Shown in pieces: positions 50,438-64,000 of a stretch of 64,000 nt of DNA (within the stretch, counting starts at the first letter, position 1; each line of letters opens with the position of its first letter). This stretch comes from Paraglomus brasilianum. Its lineage: Eukaryota. The stretch covers positions 1 to 64,000 of the forward strand of contig CAJVPI010000043.1 in the NCBI GenBank assembly GCA_910592345.1, read 5' to 3'. The translations under genes were made by a program, and so were the position numbers. Below the pieces are notes generated by a model. It was not told the origin of the DNA, ran no database searches, and was given only the letters and a program-made list of their open reading frames with translations.

Positions 50438-53400
50438 CACCTAATTAATACTTGTGTCATTGAAATGTGAATCTTTTGTTACAAATTTATTATCTAATGT
50501 TTTTGCTTTACTTTTTTACGCAAAAAAATTTTTTTCCTTTTCATTTGATTTTGTGAATATCATTGTTTGGTGACTGACCAGATAATTTGAAGAACATTGG
50601 TGATCATATGGTTATGCTAATAATCTTTCTAATGTTTGGTTGTCTGTTGGCAAAGAGAATGATTTAGCCTAGGGCTTTGTATTTGGTTTTTTGGGTTTTT
50701 TTTTTGTTATATATTGGTCTGGCCAAATATTATTAAGGCAAAAAAAAAAAAAGTTCTCTAGCTATTGACAAGAAAGCAACTTTAAATTTTCCGAAGAACG
50801 TTCTAGTTGTAGTTGGTATTAAATATTAAAATGAATATTCTATATACATGGAGGAAAGAAATCTAGTCTCAAATCACATTACCCTTCTGATCTTAATAAT
50901 GAAAACATGGTAAAGGGGTTTAATATGGACACCAGTTTCATTCTTACAGTATTCTCAACAATTGTCTCCCCAAACCGACATTAATATGGGAACAATTTTT
51001 TCTCTTTTAAGTTGGACTGTAATCATAGTTCGATTGTTGGTTTTATTCGTATTCTATTTTATGTTTGCTTGAATAATCATACAAGAGCCAAGAAAATATT
51101 ATCACTATATTAAGAGTTAGTGATAAGACTGTCAAAATAGCTTTATATTAATAAAGAGTGCTTGTATATGTGTCAACATAGTATTGCACAATTTCTATGT
51201 TATCATTCAATTATCCGTGGCATTTCAATAATATTTTCGGAACTGTAAATAATCTCGCCCGTTTACCTAATTATTTGTTGGATTGACCTAAAATCAAGAC
51301 TGCGTATTTGTTATTGTGGCGATCCATTGGGCTTTCGATCTTCGACTTTTTTGTATAGATAAATCAAATAGTAGGAAGCTTCAACGGCTTTCTGTCATAT
51401 TCCGTAATATTGTTGATTTATTTTTTTTTCTAGAACATTCATTGTAAAAATTGTGGATCAATATTCTTACTAGTGACATTTTACATGCATTGTTCACTCC
51501 CTTTTCCAATCATACTAAAAAGGAATAGTATAATATATTATGCATAAGCTCAATCAGAACACAAAAAAACCTGTTGGCGATCAGTATCCATACCATGATC
51601 GATACGGGGCTTTTGTAGCAAGACTGGCTTGTTCGGTTATTTCAATTAGACTCGTAGACACGCTCCCCATCCATCTTTATAATATTCTTCGGGAGCTGAC
51701 AAATTTTATTGAAATTACAGTGCAGAACATATACGCTTTGAAGCCAAGACTCTTAATAATTCGAGCATCTTTATCGTACCCAGCCAGCCAAAGACTCGAT
51801 GATGATATGAAATAACAGTTGTTTGTTTTGTTTTTTTTTACAACAGTCTTTAGCATCGGATAACTTTGCTTTTCGATGTCCTTCTCAAGTTTGCTGAATA
51901 AGCAACATAATCTGGCAATTTCTTTTGGCTGTATATTATCTAATATATCACAGACATATTTATACAGTGATTATTTTAAAAAGCTTATTTGCAATGACGG
52001 TTGACGCCAACTGTCTAGACCAGAGTTTAACCAAAGTAAGTATGCAAAGGTCGTCATAAATTTGTTACAGTCGCGCCATAGTTAGTCAACAAGAATCGAT
52101 TTTTATTACCTATGACCGCGTTAACCAAGTCAACTTTTGAAACCCATTGTCACGATAATTCACAAATACAATCTATTTCATTTACTCGTCTCACAGACTT
52201 TTTTAAATCAAAAAGTCATTTATTCGACTTGTTTATTCGACTTGGACATACCTCACAGTTTACTTTACTTGGACCGGGAACCAAACTTTCCCCCAGCCCT
52301 CGCACTGGTGGTGAGATCACGTTGTACAGGTTGGCCACGATGTTTGGCATAAAGAGGCTGTCATATGCTATTCGTAGGTACGACTCTTATAACCGTTCCT
52401 ACTTTTGCATTTTTTGTAGTATTAATGGTAATGATCGGTGGGAATGAGTAGCATTTCTGCATAATATGTGTGATAAGACGCAAAGCATGATATGATACGA
52501 TATGCCTTTATCATACGATGATGGTTTTTATTTTTAAACTTGCTCGTTCGATTTTGCGACATGAATTAGTGGGAATTGGCGACAGGGTTTAACGATAACT
52601 GGGCCAATACTAAGTAGCCTCTCTATCTAACAAATGAGACAACATGCCCACACACATAATGTTAGGTGGTTTTATATTTTGCAATAAAATTTGTATAACA
52701 AACCTGCATACCCTTTAACAAACATGGCATGGGCGTGGGAAGCTACGAGAGGGGGCTATTACTATGGGGATACAATCAAGAGCGGAAAGCGAGAGAGAAG
52801 CAATGATAAGAACAAAAAGAATAAAGTAGGAATAGTGGCCGAACAAGCAGATAACGACAACCTCATATTTCTTTATTCTAATTTAGCCTCAATGTTTATT
52901 ATTATATCAACGTACAGTAAAGTACATGTACATCATGTTGTATCATTGTCTAAATTTGTGATAACAGCGTACTAACTTTTTTTATTTGGATACACTAACG
53001 CCTTCTTAGGTTATTGTTGTAGTATTGTTTATGTATTAATTATGCGAGTTCTCCTTTGCAAGAAAGCTTGTGACGGCAATACTAATTAATACAATAGACT
53101 GGGTATGACCAAAGTGAAAAGAATGCCCCCACCTTTTCCCCCCGATTCTTTTGCTTTTTTTGTAAGTCTACAATTAGCGAAACCTGGCAATTGAGCTCAT
53201 GACCACTAAACGTAAAAACAAATGCTGAACGTACTAATTGCTAATTCGTTCATTTTGTTTCTTGGGAAGCAAAGCAAACAAGTGCAGACATCACCTGAGC
53301 AGTAGCAACAATGATGGTGACAATAGTTGGTATATTCGAACATACTTTTCCGTTTCACAATTTCTATTTTACCCACGCAATTAGAATTCCTTTACTCTGC

Positions 53401-53724
53401 ATAATCGCCAGTTCAGGATTAAACACTTTTGTAAATATCGTAATGTCGGATCACATTTTAAAAAAGCGACACTATTCATGTGATGTCTAAACGCCACAAC
53501 CACTGATAACAATGTTGCATCAATATATCCTTTTATTACAATTCCTTTGTCGCTTGTCTGTATATATAAAGCATGGTCTAACCCACACGAAAACCAGAAA
53601 ATATCGTCTGAAACTGCAATTCTCGTAAACTGTTTAAAAATAAAAAAAAGAGCCCTGACCACACAGACTATAAAGAAAAAAAGAGCACTATCCTCTCCTT
53701 TTACTCACTTATCGAAACCAAAAA

Positions 53725-54260
53725 ATGACATCCAATCTTCCTATCATGTTGGCAAGAAACTTTCTTGGCGTGGTTCGCGCCAACTACGAAGACGACGACT
53801 CTAGCTCTTCATCTCCCGCTTCTCCCACCTCTCCCACCTCTCCCACCTCTTCTTCCGCGCCTGCGTCACCCAATACCACCACTCCGACGTCCTCTTCGTT
53901 ACCCAACGCCGTTTCGAGCTTCTTCTCGGGACAACCCACTATGCCTCAATTCCACCGTCGAGCCTCCGAGAGCGGGCCCGCCGACAGTACCATAGTCGAA
54001 CCCAAAAGGCTACTTGCGCGTAGGTATACGCTTCCTCCAAGAATCGATCCATTTGCAAAGTTTGGAACCCTGCAAGGCGAAGACAAGGGAAACAGAGTGC
54101 CTATGGCGAGGTTCTGGGAGGCTGGTGGTAAAGAAGACTCATCCGTTCAACTTGCTATGGTAAATATTGCACACGTCTGCTAGTAATAGACGGTATGGAC
54201 GAGCTTGATATTAATTGAACATTTTAATTTTATTAGGAACATGTTCAATTCGGGTTCTAA
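53725..54260 (+). CDS. Small Ser/Pro/Thr-rich protein of unknown function (152 aa, intron 54160-54236)
   Basis: GC-rich ORF with SPT repeats and RRAS/RRYT motifs. A phase-0 GT-AG intron gives the C-terminus VQLAM-EHVQFGF*. TATA-like TATATATAAA at ~53561. Confidence 0.7.
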
Positions 54261-55650
54261 ACACAGCCAAAAACAAAAGAACCAACGACAATCAATTAGA
54301 GATAAAGTCAGTTGTAACTGGACTGGCCGGGCTGGGCTGATATGGTCAACCTGGCTGGGCTGAAATGGTTCGGGGCTGTAATCTCTATTACCTATGGCAT
54401 TATTGATGTTCTAACAACGACCTATAGAATATACCGACCGGCTGATGGAAACTTTGGCTCTCTCAACATGGTAATCGTGCAGTCATTACGGTGACTGTTC
54501 AGATGAAAAACACTTGTATCGACTACATCAAGAATCACTCACATTTGAAAGATGTATATTTCGTAGTAAGCGCGAGAAACTGTAGCATAATGCAATGCTT
54601 TTTGGTCCAACTTATACTATATTTCACACTATATATATATATACATATATACATATATACCATACAACTTCCTTTTAGTATTTACACGCTTTTCTTGTAT
54701 ATAGGTTTTTGGCATCACATCCACCCTTTTCTTATAACCGTAATGGTTTCTGCGAACACTTGTAAAACGATGGATATTACATAAAGAAACAGAATTGGCT
54801 TACTGTAACTAGTTGTAATCCCGTTAGTATGTGATATATAACATTTAATTCCCGAATTATGTGTGTATGTTACAGACGGTGATGACCCATCGCTATATTG
54901 AACCTGATTTTCCGATGTTTGTAATGTAAAAGGAGAGAAAGTTTTTGGTTGTAGCAGGGAAATCTGAACATTTACTTTTTTTTCTTTTTCTTTTTCTTTA
55001 ATTTAATTTATTTTCTTATTGGGTTTTTCGTTTAATATTGGTTCTCGGGGGAAAAAGATTTGTAATGTACTCGTATCGTAGCCCCCGAATTGGTTGCAAA
55101 TATAATAAAAAAGAAAATATGCAGTTGTCTTGGGCATTTCCAATCAGTATCGTGTACAATTTGTTCACACTTGTCTCCGACTATACACGATTGTTAGGTT
55201 ATAGCATACTTTTCCCTATATAACATATATATAACTTTATCGCGTTGTCCCGGAACAAACACTTTTAGACAGTCATTTCGTCATAACTAAATCCTGGTAT
55301 TATTACAAGTATTGTCGTGAATGAATTGTAAACGGTAAGCTATTGTTACGTCGAACGTAACTAACTAATTGACGCCTTTCCTCGATCCCCTTTTTTTATC
55401 AGAAAGCTTATTTAGTTAACAAAGAACGCGTCAGCCGCATGATTCCACCACCCCCCGAACTTTCAGCAATGCAAGGTAATTTGTATGCATCTTGAGATGC
55501 TGTGTGTGGGGAATTTATTTTAACCGAGTGTTCGCTGCCCTAATTAATATTAATTACGTTCTCTCTCCGCAATTCCCTACAGTTGGGAAATGTTACGCAA
55601 AACTTACGCAAAACTTTCACGCTGATTTGGAAAGGGGGAAGTGTGGGGTG

Positions 55651-55709
55651 TGGGAGATGGGAGATGGGAGATGGGAAATGGGAAATGGGAAATGGGAGAC
55701 GGGAAATGG
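55651..55709. repeat. 7-bp tandem repeat (TGGGA(G/A)A)n
   Basis: About 8 copies of GGGAGAT/GGGAAAT. Confidence 0.85.
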
Positions 55710-56559
55710 CAAACAACTTGTGTGCGTGCTTGAGAATGAGCGCCAAACCGAAAAATACACATCAAATATGAATGACAAAGTATTCCACATTTTTATTCCT
55801 TGCATCATTGAAAAATTCAGTTTCAAACATCCAAAAAAAAAAAAGCTAAAACAAATAAAAATAACAAATAATGAGCCATTCGACTGTACCACTTGCAGGA
55901 TTTCTGCCAAGTTTAACACAAATCTCTACAAGTTCAATACTGAAAAGGTAAAAAGGTATAGAAGAGATACATGAATAATAAGTAGAAACATTTCCATAAT
56001 ATTTCTATCATGGAAGGTATAGAATATAATAAATGGTGCGAAAATATAGTGAAAATGATATGTAAAACTGAATAATAAACGAGATAATAAACTAGATGCA
56101 CGACGTCTGGATAATAAAAGCCGTAAGTCGAGGAGGGACAGGAATTTCATCACCTCACAACCACTACAACCTACAACACCACTACAACCTACAACCTACA
56201 ACACCACTACAACCAACAACTAGCACGAAATAAAAGATAGGAACGAATGTAAAAAGAAATGAAAAAAGAAAATACATACAAGAAATAAAAAAAAAAGGTT
56301 TCAAGAGAGATTTTAAAAAAGTGTCCTATTTTCTCGTGGCAAATCTATTTTTACAAAGAATGTTTATGCAAACAAGCTTAGACCTCATCGATAAAATCGG
56401 CAAGCCACTTGACGCGAAAGAGAGAGAGAGAGACATGGAGAGAGAGATGGGAGAGTAAACGAAAAAAATATAATACAAGGAAAGGTAATGGTAGTAGGAT
56501 GTAAAAGTTCTCTATAAGTAGTCTAGTTTTCATCAATAGTTCAATGTTCGATTAATGTG

Positions 56560-59500
56560 CTATATGCTATTTCGTCGTACCCAAGTGCGGGCCGGAGGAA
56601 CTGTACTCGATCTTTTCCTTTTCTTTGCAACCGTCGAGTTTCTTGCACATTTCACTGTACCATCTTTTTCACTACTGCCACTACCAGACCTAATTTTCGC
56701 CGTCTTCATTACCCATCCATCAATCTCACCAAACGGTCCTCTGCTCGGACGACGTATTATGACACTGCGCACACGCCGAACATTTTCTTTCTCCTCGGTC
56801 ATCGGTTCATACGACGTTGAAGGGGTCCAACGGAAGGCTGCCGGGAAAGATCCAGGAATGTCGAGTTCGATTTCATCGTCGTCGATTGGCGATGATAAAA
56901 GAGACGCCGAATGATGGTCTTTTGTCAAATTGGGGTCGTTTGCAATGTTCATGCCAGAGTCGTAGCAATTTTCCAAATATTGATTTACCCCCGAGTTTGA
57001 CGTTTTTCCTATTTGCTTGCCGAATCCAAATGCGTGTTTATCACTTGACCGTTCCATAGGACGCCCATTTATAGACATGGTTCCCTCTTTATTCGATTCC
57101 GAGTTTTTGAATGGTCGCTGTCTGACGTGTCCCGCACGCTTCGTATTCCTATTTTTAGTAATCATCAATTCGTCTTCATTATTATCCGACTCTTCTTCTT
57201 CTCCTTCGTCTTCACTGCTGTCGAACCAATCTACAATCTCCCATTCTTCTATTTCTTCGCTCCCCTCGTCTTCGTTTTCTTCTTCTATCCAATTTCCATG
57301 TCCACTCCATTTACCACTCGTTAGAAATCTTCCACTTCGTTTGCCAAAGCTCCATACTCCCGCTGCACCCTCTCTCCACCAACTTCGTTTTCCTATCCCG
57401 CTCCACGCTACGGCTTTTATTTTAGGACGTGTGAGAAAATTGACGTTTTTTTTTTTACCGTCATCAATTGTTCGTGTAGAATCTTGATGAGATTGGTAGT
57501 CGTAGGAAGAATTGTAACTTACGTATGGGTTATAGTAACTATTACTGTATCCATTGTTTAGTAGTCCGAATGGTTGAGTAGGTTTCAGCATATCGACCAT
57601 CCGGATGACTTGCCTACCAGCAACCTCACATAACCAAGCATCCAACACTAGCGAACCGAGGGTAAATAAAAACGTCCAGTACATCAGATTCATGAACGTC
57701 CTAGTCGTGCTCGTGACAGTTCTCGGTGCATTAGGATTATTCGTAGCTTGCAGCGATTCTGACATGAAGGAATGTGTTGCGTGCAAAAAGGGTAAAATTA
57801 TTGCACGAGTGACTAGTCTGCATTGCTGTGCGAAATCATCCAAATCAGCCAAGTCGCCGCTTGGATTGTTGATCAACTCTTGAGTAGAATCAGCATAGTT
57901 GACCATAAGTTCTCGTGGTTTGCGAGACTTGTCGTGGGCAACTACCGAGTCCTCATCATCCATAACCTCGTTGATCAAATAAGTCACTTGAGTGAGACTA
58001 TCATCCAACTGTTTATCGAGGGATGCCATGCAATCTACAAATTCTTCTTCTTTTTTAGATTTTTGACGACGATGTTCTCGTTTCTCGCTCTTGCGTTCAC
58101 GAGGTGCGACGGCTACACCGACAGGTTCCGTCGCCGCCTTTTTGGTCTCGTCTGCGTTTGGATCCTCTTCTTCAATATCCTCGCCAAATCCTTCCCAATC
58201 AAAGTCTTCGAAAATATCTCGCGATTCTATGCTCGTAGTTGACAATTGACGAAACTTTTTTTCTCTGCCCTTGACGGGTGCTTCTACAGCAGTTGTTGCT
58301 TCAGTCAAAAGACTCGAAACCATATTAAACATGCGAGCAAATGCGACATCTTCTTCGCCGTTATCGTCTTCATCGTCTTCATCTTTTTCTTTTTCTTCAC
58401 CTCCGTCTACTTTTTCTTCGTCATCTTCTTCTTCGCCAGTTGTCTCCTCGTTGATAGGTGGAATAACGGATTGTTTTGGTTTTGATGCTTTCATCAATGG
58501 AGACGTTGGTAACGAGGGAATATTTTTCGGGAACGTCCCCGAGAGAGAAGGAGCGCGTGCTGGAGATACGGCACGAGACGGTACTCTGGAGGAAGGACGG
58601 GATGGTGCTCTGGATGGAGCTCTGGATGGAGGACGAGATGATTGTCTTGATATGGTATGTGATGGAGCCAAATAAGTCGCCGGGGCTGTAGGTGAAGGCG
58701 ATAAATGTGATGTAGTCTCTTCTTGTGATTGTAGTTGGATGGGTTTGTACAGAGCTGTCATTTCCAAGTCTTCTAAATTTACGTCTGGTTTTATGAGGTT
58801 TGCCGCGGCTGCCAATCTTTCGTCGAGTTGTCGTTTGATTTCACTTGATGCGATGAGATTCTCGGTGAGTGCCTGGGGGTGAGATAATTACAAAAGGAAA
58901 TTTGTTATGAACGTTCAAATTCGTAAACTCTTTGAAATGCTCGACCAATCGATGCTTGTTAAAAGTAAGCATTTACCTTCATGGTGACAACTTGCTTCAT
59001 GACTTCTTCGCTTGTTATTGTTTCTTGCTTGTCTTGCATCTTTTTAAGAACGTTTTGGACACTGATAATAGAGAAACATATGGTTAATAAGACGGTAATG
59101 CATGATGATGACATCAGCATAATACGACTTGCGCGCGCGCGACTTACTCTGACAATTGAGACTTGAGATCATGCATAGAGGACGTTTGATCGCTGAGTAT
59201 AGTTTGTAGTGACGAAACTAGAGATTCTAACTGCGTCATCTACAAAAAGCGAACAAGATGATGTCAGCAAACTGATAGACTATAATTGTGTAACAATACG
59301 ATTATGTAATAACAATAACAAGTGATGAACGGGTGGTGGGGAAGTGGGGGAAAGGGAAAGGGAAAGGGAAAAAGGACAAGCGCGAAAGAACGTTTTCGCA
59401 AAGATAAACAGGGATACGTCTTTGAACCTCTTGACGGTATCGACTCTGTCATAGTTGACAGTAACATCCTAATAATAATAAGGCATTTATAATCACAACA

Positions 59501-59850
59501 ATTGTTCACATGCATACCTTATCGAGCATTTCACCGTCCTTGATAACCGTGTCATGATCCGTAAGCATTTCACGACCTTTTTGGAGTAACTGTTCTAGAT
59601 CCAAAGTGTCCCACTGTGAGTATGGAGGTGGAGGAGTCTGCAATTCATTGGGGGCCTCCAAGTCCTGTTTCAATTTATCCACGATTGCAGTGGGTTCTTT
59701 GGGTGCAGCAAGTGCATTTTCATCCTTGTTGTTCTCTGCGAGGTTTGTTGGCTTTTCTTTAATGTCGACTATTGGAGTTGCAGAGATGATAAGCTCTGAG
59801 AGCAGTTGGTCAGTTTGTTCTGAGAGCAGTTGGTCAGTTTGTTCTGCCAT
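56560..59850 (-). CDS. Large multi-exon protein of unknown function (coiled coil, RAPS repeats, acidic tracts, one hydrophobic segment)
   Basis: First exon is ORF 59506..59850 (donor at ~59517). Small exons lie at ~59148-59238 and ~58977-59061, and a terminal exon of >750 codons ends at 56560. Hydrophobic segment FMNLMYWTFLFTLGSLVLDAWL. Confidence 0.75.
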
Positions 59851-60879
59851 GGTAATTGTGGTTGAGCAGAAGATATGATTCCGTTGTTGTCGTCGTCGTT
59901 ATTGGTATCAATTTTGTAGTAGCTAATTGACTGTTGGTTATATGTTATAAACTTGAAATTATTGATATGCTCGCCCAGCGAAGATATAGTGATAATTTTT
60001 TTTCCAGGTTTTTTACAAGTGTATATTACAGTAGAATAGGTACGAGCAATGAATGTAATTCACTTTTAGCTGGTAAACGCGTTAATTTTGTCTTGTAGTT
60101 TCCTTTCTTTTGTCAATTATTTTGTTCAGCGTCTACAATCGAGTTTAATGACAGGCCCTTAATATTTTTGTTATAAGTCTCCAGTTATATGTAAGTATAT
60201 ATATATGGAACGGTGTATATATATATAAATTTTATATATCTATGTGAATTGTAGTTTTTTTTTTTTGGAGGGTTTTGTTTGAACGGGAAAAATTTTTTTT
60301 AGAGAGTTTTAAATTATATGGTATTATATATATAGATGTCTACTGGATAGCGGGCGAATTTGTCCTTTTTTTTTTCCCCTCAAAGGTCAAAGGAACAAAA
60401 CGGGGGGGATGGAACTCAAGCACGAGAAGAAACGGTTAAAAGGACGGACAGGGAATTCGTAATCAGCTGGGATGAAAAAAAAAAATAATCCGGTAATGGG
60501 GACTTTGTGTTAGGGAAATCTTCTTTTTTGTCGATGATATGTACGAAAACTGCTTACGGGGATTGACATTAGTATAAATGGGGATGAGGGAGGGGGAAGA
60601 GGGAAAGGGGGGGGGGGTCGGGTGATAGAAGTGATATGATATAATTGAATAATACAATGTTTTAGTTCGAATAGTCACATTTACATATGATATTCATATT
60701 AATCCTGTTGCATATCATATGTACAACAATCTTGTTTGTCTTATTATTATTGCGGAACGTTGCTGGAACACAAAACTGATGACGTTTTATCAGGGATTGA
60801 TGTTGGCACTTTGAGTATAGTCAGCCACACACACAGACTGATAGTGTGCAATGACTTGCATATGAAGAAAAGGGGGCCT

Positions 60880-60985
60880 ACATGATCATGATCATGATGA
60901 TGATGCTGCTGTTGTTATTGTTGTTACTGTTATTGCTGTTAGCTGTTACTGTTGCTGTTGCTGTTGCTGCTGTTATTGTTGATGT
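60880..60985. repeat. Trinucleotide/hexanucleotide microsatellite (ATG, TGT, TGCTGT)
   Basis: Visible low-complexity run in intergenic DNA. Confidence 0.8.
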
Positions 60986-63900
60986 AGTTTTGTATTTTGT
61001 AATGGAGTAGTGGTGATGCTGATAATGCTGATGAGGATGTGCGAGTGCTAAATATAAAGAGAGGAATATAATGGAATACAGTAGAATATAATGGAAATAG
61101 TAAGCGTATATAATAATAAACACACAGCGTATATAATAATAAACACACAACCTGCATAAAATAAATATAAATAACTTGCATACAATATATTGTACGTTCT
61201 ATTATATATCGTCCTATCGTAGCAAGTGTCAGTTTGTCTTGTGTTGTTTGGCCCTTGAAACCCAACATTCTGACAATTTGTGACAATTGCATCGGCAAAG
61301 TGCGACATTGACCTTGTAGCAAAAATGACTCCACTGTGCATGTGCTCATCTTTACAAACACCACATCGACTGCGCAAGCTGCGAATTTGAAACTGCAACG
61401 AAAAGTAAAATAATACAACAAAACAAAATAAATAAAATAAAAAATTAAAAACACTCGTCTCGTCTGGAATTCTCTTGGAATTATAAAGCATAGAATTATC
61501 GCTCTTGTATTAAACCAATTATAGAGACTTTTGTGTTTCCCTCCCCTCCAAACTCTCTCGCCTTTTTTCTTTCTTCAGGAGATGTGTTCTTCGTCGCACT
61601 ATCTCGGGCCATTTTGTCCCTCCTTGATGACACAGCCTTTTTTACATAGAATGGATAACAAATACAGTGACAAGATAGACTGATATCACGGATAAGTGAT
61701 TATTGGGCGATTATCAACCAATGCCGTTAATTGGTTCCCCCGCTTTACTATAACACTTGCTTATTTGACAGCGAAAATTCTGCCTAGAGCAATGTCAACA
61801 TGGCAATTGCTGTTATGTAGAGTGAGTTTAATTCATTTGTTGTCAATTCCATTCGTTCGTCCATTCATTCAATTGTATTTTTGTTGCAGTAGTTGGCGCA
61901 TTGTTTCGTAGTTCACTGTCTCGTGAAAATGATGGTATGCGCATGCCCTTCAGATGAAATTCATGACTACTATTATTAGTTAACTCAATTGACAGCTTCG
62001 TTACTATACATGGTTATATTGTTCTGTGTTCCATCTGCCCAAATATATTGGGGTATTATTGATCGAATGCTTTAAAATGTCCAATTGGCATTCACAAACT
62101 TTTCGATAAAAACTAAAAGATACAGCTCGCTCTTTTAGTAAATGACTTGAATGAGTCGAAACGAGCCTAGTCTCGACTGAATTGACGGCAGTGAATGGGA
62201 TGTTGGAATAAGTAAAGACCGCCCCCATCACCACCCCCCCTTTCCCTCACCTCTCCCTCACCTCTCCCTCATCTCTCCCTCATCTCCCCCCCTCCCCTTT
62301 TTCCTCACACCCTCCTCCATCACATCCAACTGTGTTACTCGTAACATAAAGTATAAATGGTTTCATTGTTGTTATTGTTATTGTGATGGATAATTATTGG
62401 CAGATGCATCACTTAAATTCAGCTCAATTAGTCACTTAAATGTTATCCGACACATCTACATCAACCAAAACAATACGCCGCAAGAACTAGACAATTATTA
62501 ATATGTTATTAAATTAACAATTGTACTTAATAATTGTAACAATTGTTGACAGTGTTTATTAAAGCAGTTAACGAATATTCGTTTACTATCAATCAATCTC
62601 TATCATCACTCGATCAATTCATTCATCTGAGGCGCGCAACCTTTTCATGCACTCCGCTTGGACGAACATACACCCAACAAGCAGATGACCGGTTTTTTTG
62701 ACTGCTTCTCGACCAACCGTCAACGGATTAATCGCCACCTGCAGGTATTATAAATATCGATCGACCACGATATACTGTATATTGATAGTATTTATTACAC
62801 ACTGGCACTAGTAGGTACTAGCAGTATATACAACATACATACATACATACATATATGTATGCATGTACATTACTCGTATTGGCGTTGTATAATGATTGCA
62901 AATAATACGTAGTTGTTTACTTTATTATTGCTGCTTATTATTGCTTATTGACCACACCCCATTTTCTTTTCCGATAATACACGACAAGGTGTCTCGTGAA
63001 TTGTGTGTAATTGTGTGTGTAACATGGCAAGAATGTGATTTTTTAAAGTTCTTCTCGCGAGGAAAAAACTTGTTGTCTGTCAACAAATTCCAACTAGCCA
63101 CACGAAAAAAAAAATTAATAATTTAACTTTGTACAATGAATCGGAAGCACAAATGACCTGCCTTTGCTCCATAGTATAATAGATATATTGTCGTTTCTTA
63201 TTCTTGGGACTTTTGTGTCTCGCAAAGCATGGCGGTTGAACCACGCATGTGATATTACGATTTTGTATTACTAGGTAAGGGTGGTGGAGTGAATGGATGC
63301 ATACCACCACATTGATATATTTAGATTCTTATTATAACCGGAAGGGCAACAACAACAACAGCAACAACAACAACAACTTCTCAAGCCATTCGAGTTTTAC
63401 TTCTTTTAGTTCATACAGTGTATAATATCATTGGAGACTGTACATGTCCCCAATTGCACACAAACGTTAAACTCATCATGGTTGCACCGCAAAACTCTCA
63501 AATGAACGATCGTGCTTCACATTCTCGTACGCAATTCCTACTCGTTTGGCTTTTTGTCTTGTTGATCAGGGGGGCGGGACCGAAAATCGATATTTTCAGC
63601 TCTTTTTTTTTTTTTTTTTTTTTGTTTGCTAAATTCGTTATGAACACATGAAATTCAAACGCTTACCGATTATTATAGATTTTAGGGCTGCTCTTTTCTT
63701 TTTATTTTCTTTTCTTGAGAAAGGCCAAGTGTAATCACGATAAACTTGGCTAAATAAAAAAGAGAGCTTAACCAGTCAACGGAAGGAGAAAACCGTTTCT
63801 TTTACAAGATTCCTATGCCATTACATTGAATACGTCATAATTGACTTGACACTTTAAACCTGTTCCTGGTCACAAATCAGACAGTGAGTGTGACATTACG

Positions 63901-64000
63901 AATTTTTGAACCGGGTTTCGGTGAAATCAAGGGAATACCAAACATTATTGAATGGAAAAACGTGACTTTGGAACAACATATCAGAAATGTTTGTTTGGAA

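Noticed and set aside
55492..55974. 160-aa ORF with WEMG repeats
   Set aside because: It results from a 7-bp tandem repeat in AT-rich intergenic DNA.
56555..58691. Multiple plus-strand ORFs
   Set aside because: They are antisense to the long minus-strand exon and show no independent motifs.
60400..64000. Short ORFs in the terminal 3.6 kb
   Set aside because: They are low-complexity, microsatellite-derived ORFs with no coding signal; the region is likely upstream regulatory/intergenic DNA.

Overview
AT-rich, intron-containing eukaryotic DNA from an early-diverging fungus. Short GT-AG introns, a divergent MATA-type HMG-box gene and Sel1-repeat debris suggest Mucoromycota, possibly Glomeromycotina; this placement is inference. 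Host genes supported by manual splicing: an intronless 7-TM protein, a small PY-motif membrane protein, VPS27, an Spc19 (DASH) homologue with a ~250-aa extension, an HMG-box protein, a Psh1-like RING E3, a CHZ-motif histone chaperone, capping protein beta, a UBXN4/Ubx7-like protein and two genes of unknown function. Mobile DNA includes the 3' half of an intron-containing pogo/Tigger transposon, four TA-flanked MITEs and a decayed Sola-like transposase. The most notable element is a decayed IS607-type element on the minus strand (~43.25-45.47 kb). It encodes a Fanzor2/TnpB RNA-guided nuclease with the Fanzor-type active site (DPG ... E-x-Y-x-x-x-K-T-C ... DRD), an overprinted serine-recombinase (TnpA) remnant, upstream direct repeats and a candidate omega-RNA region. 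A MITE, frameshifts and stops inactivate it. All family calls come from motif recognition by eye; no database search was run.
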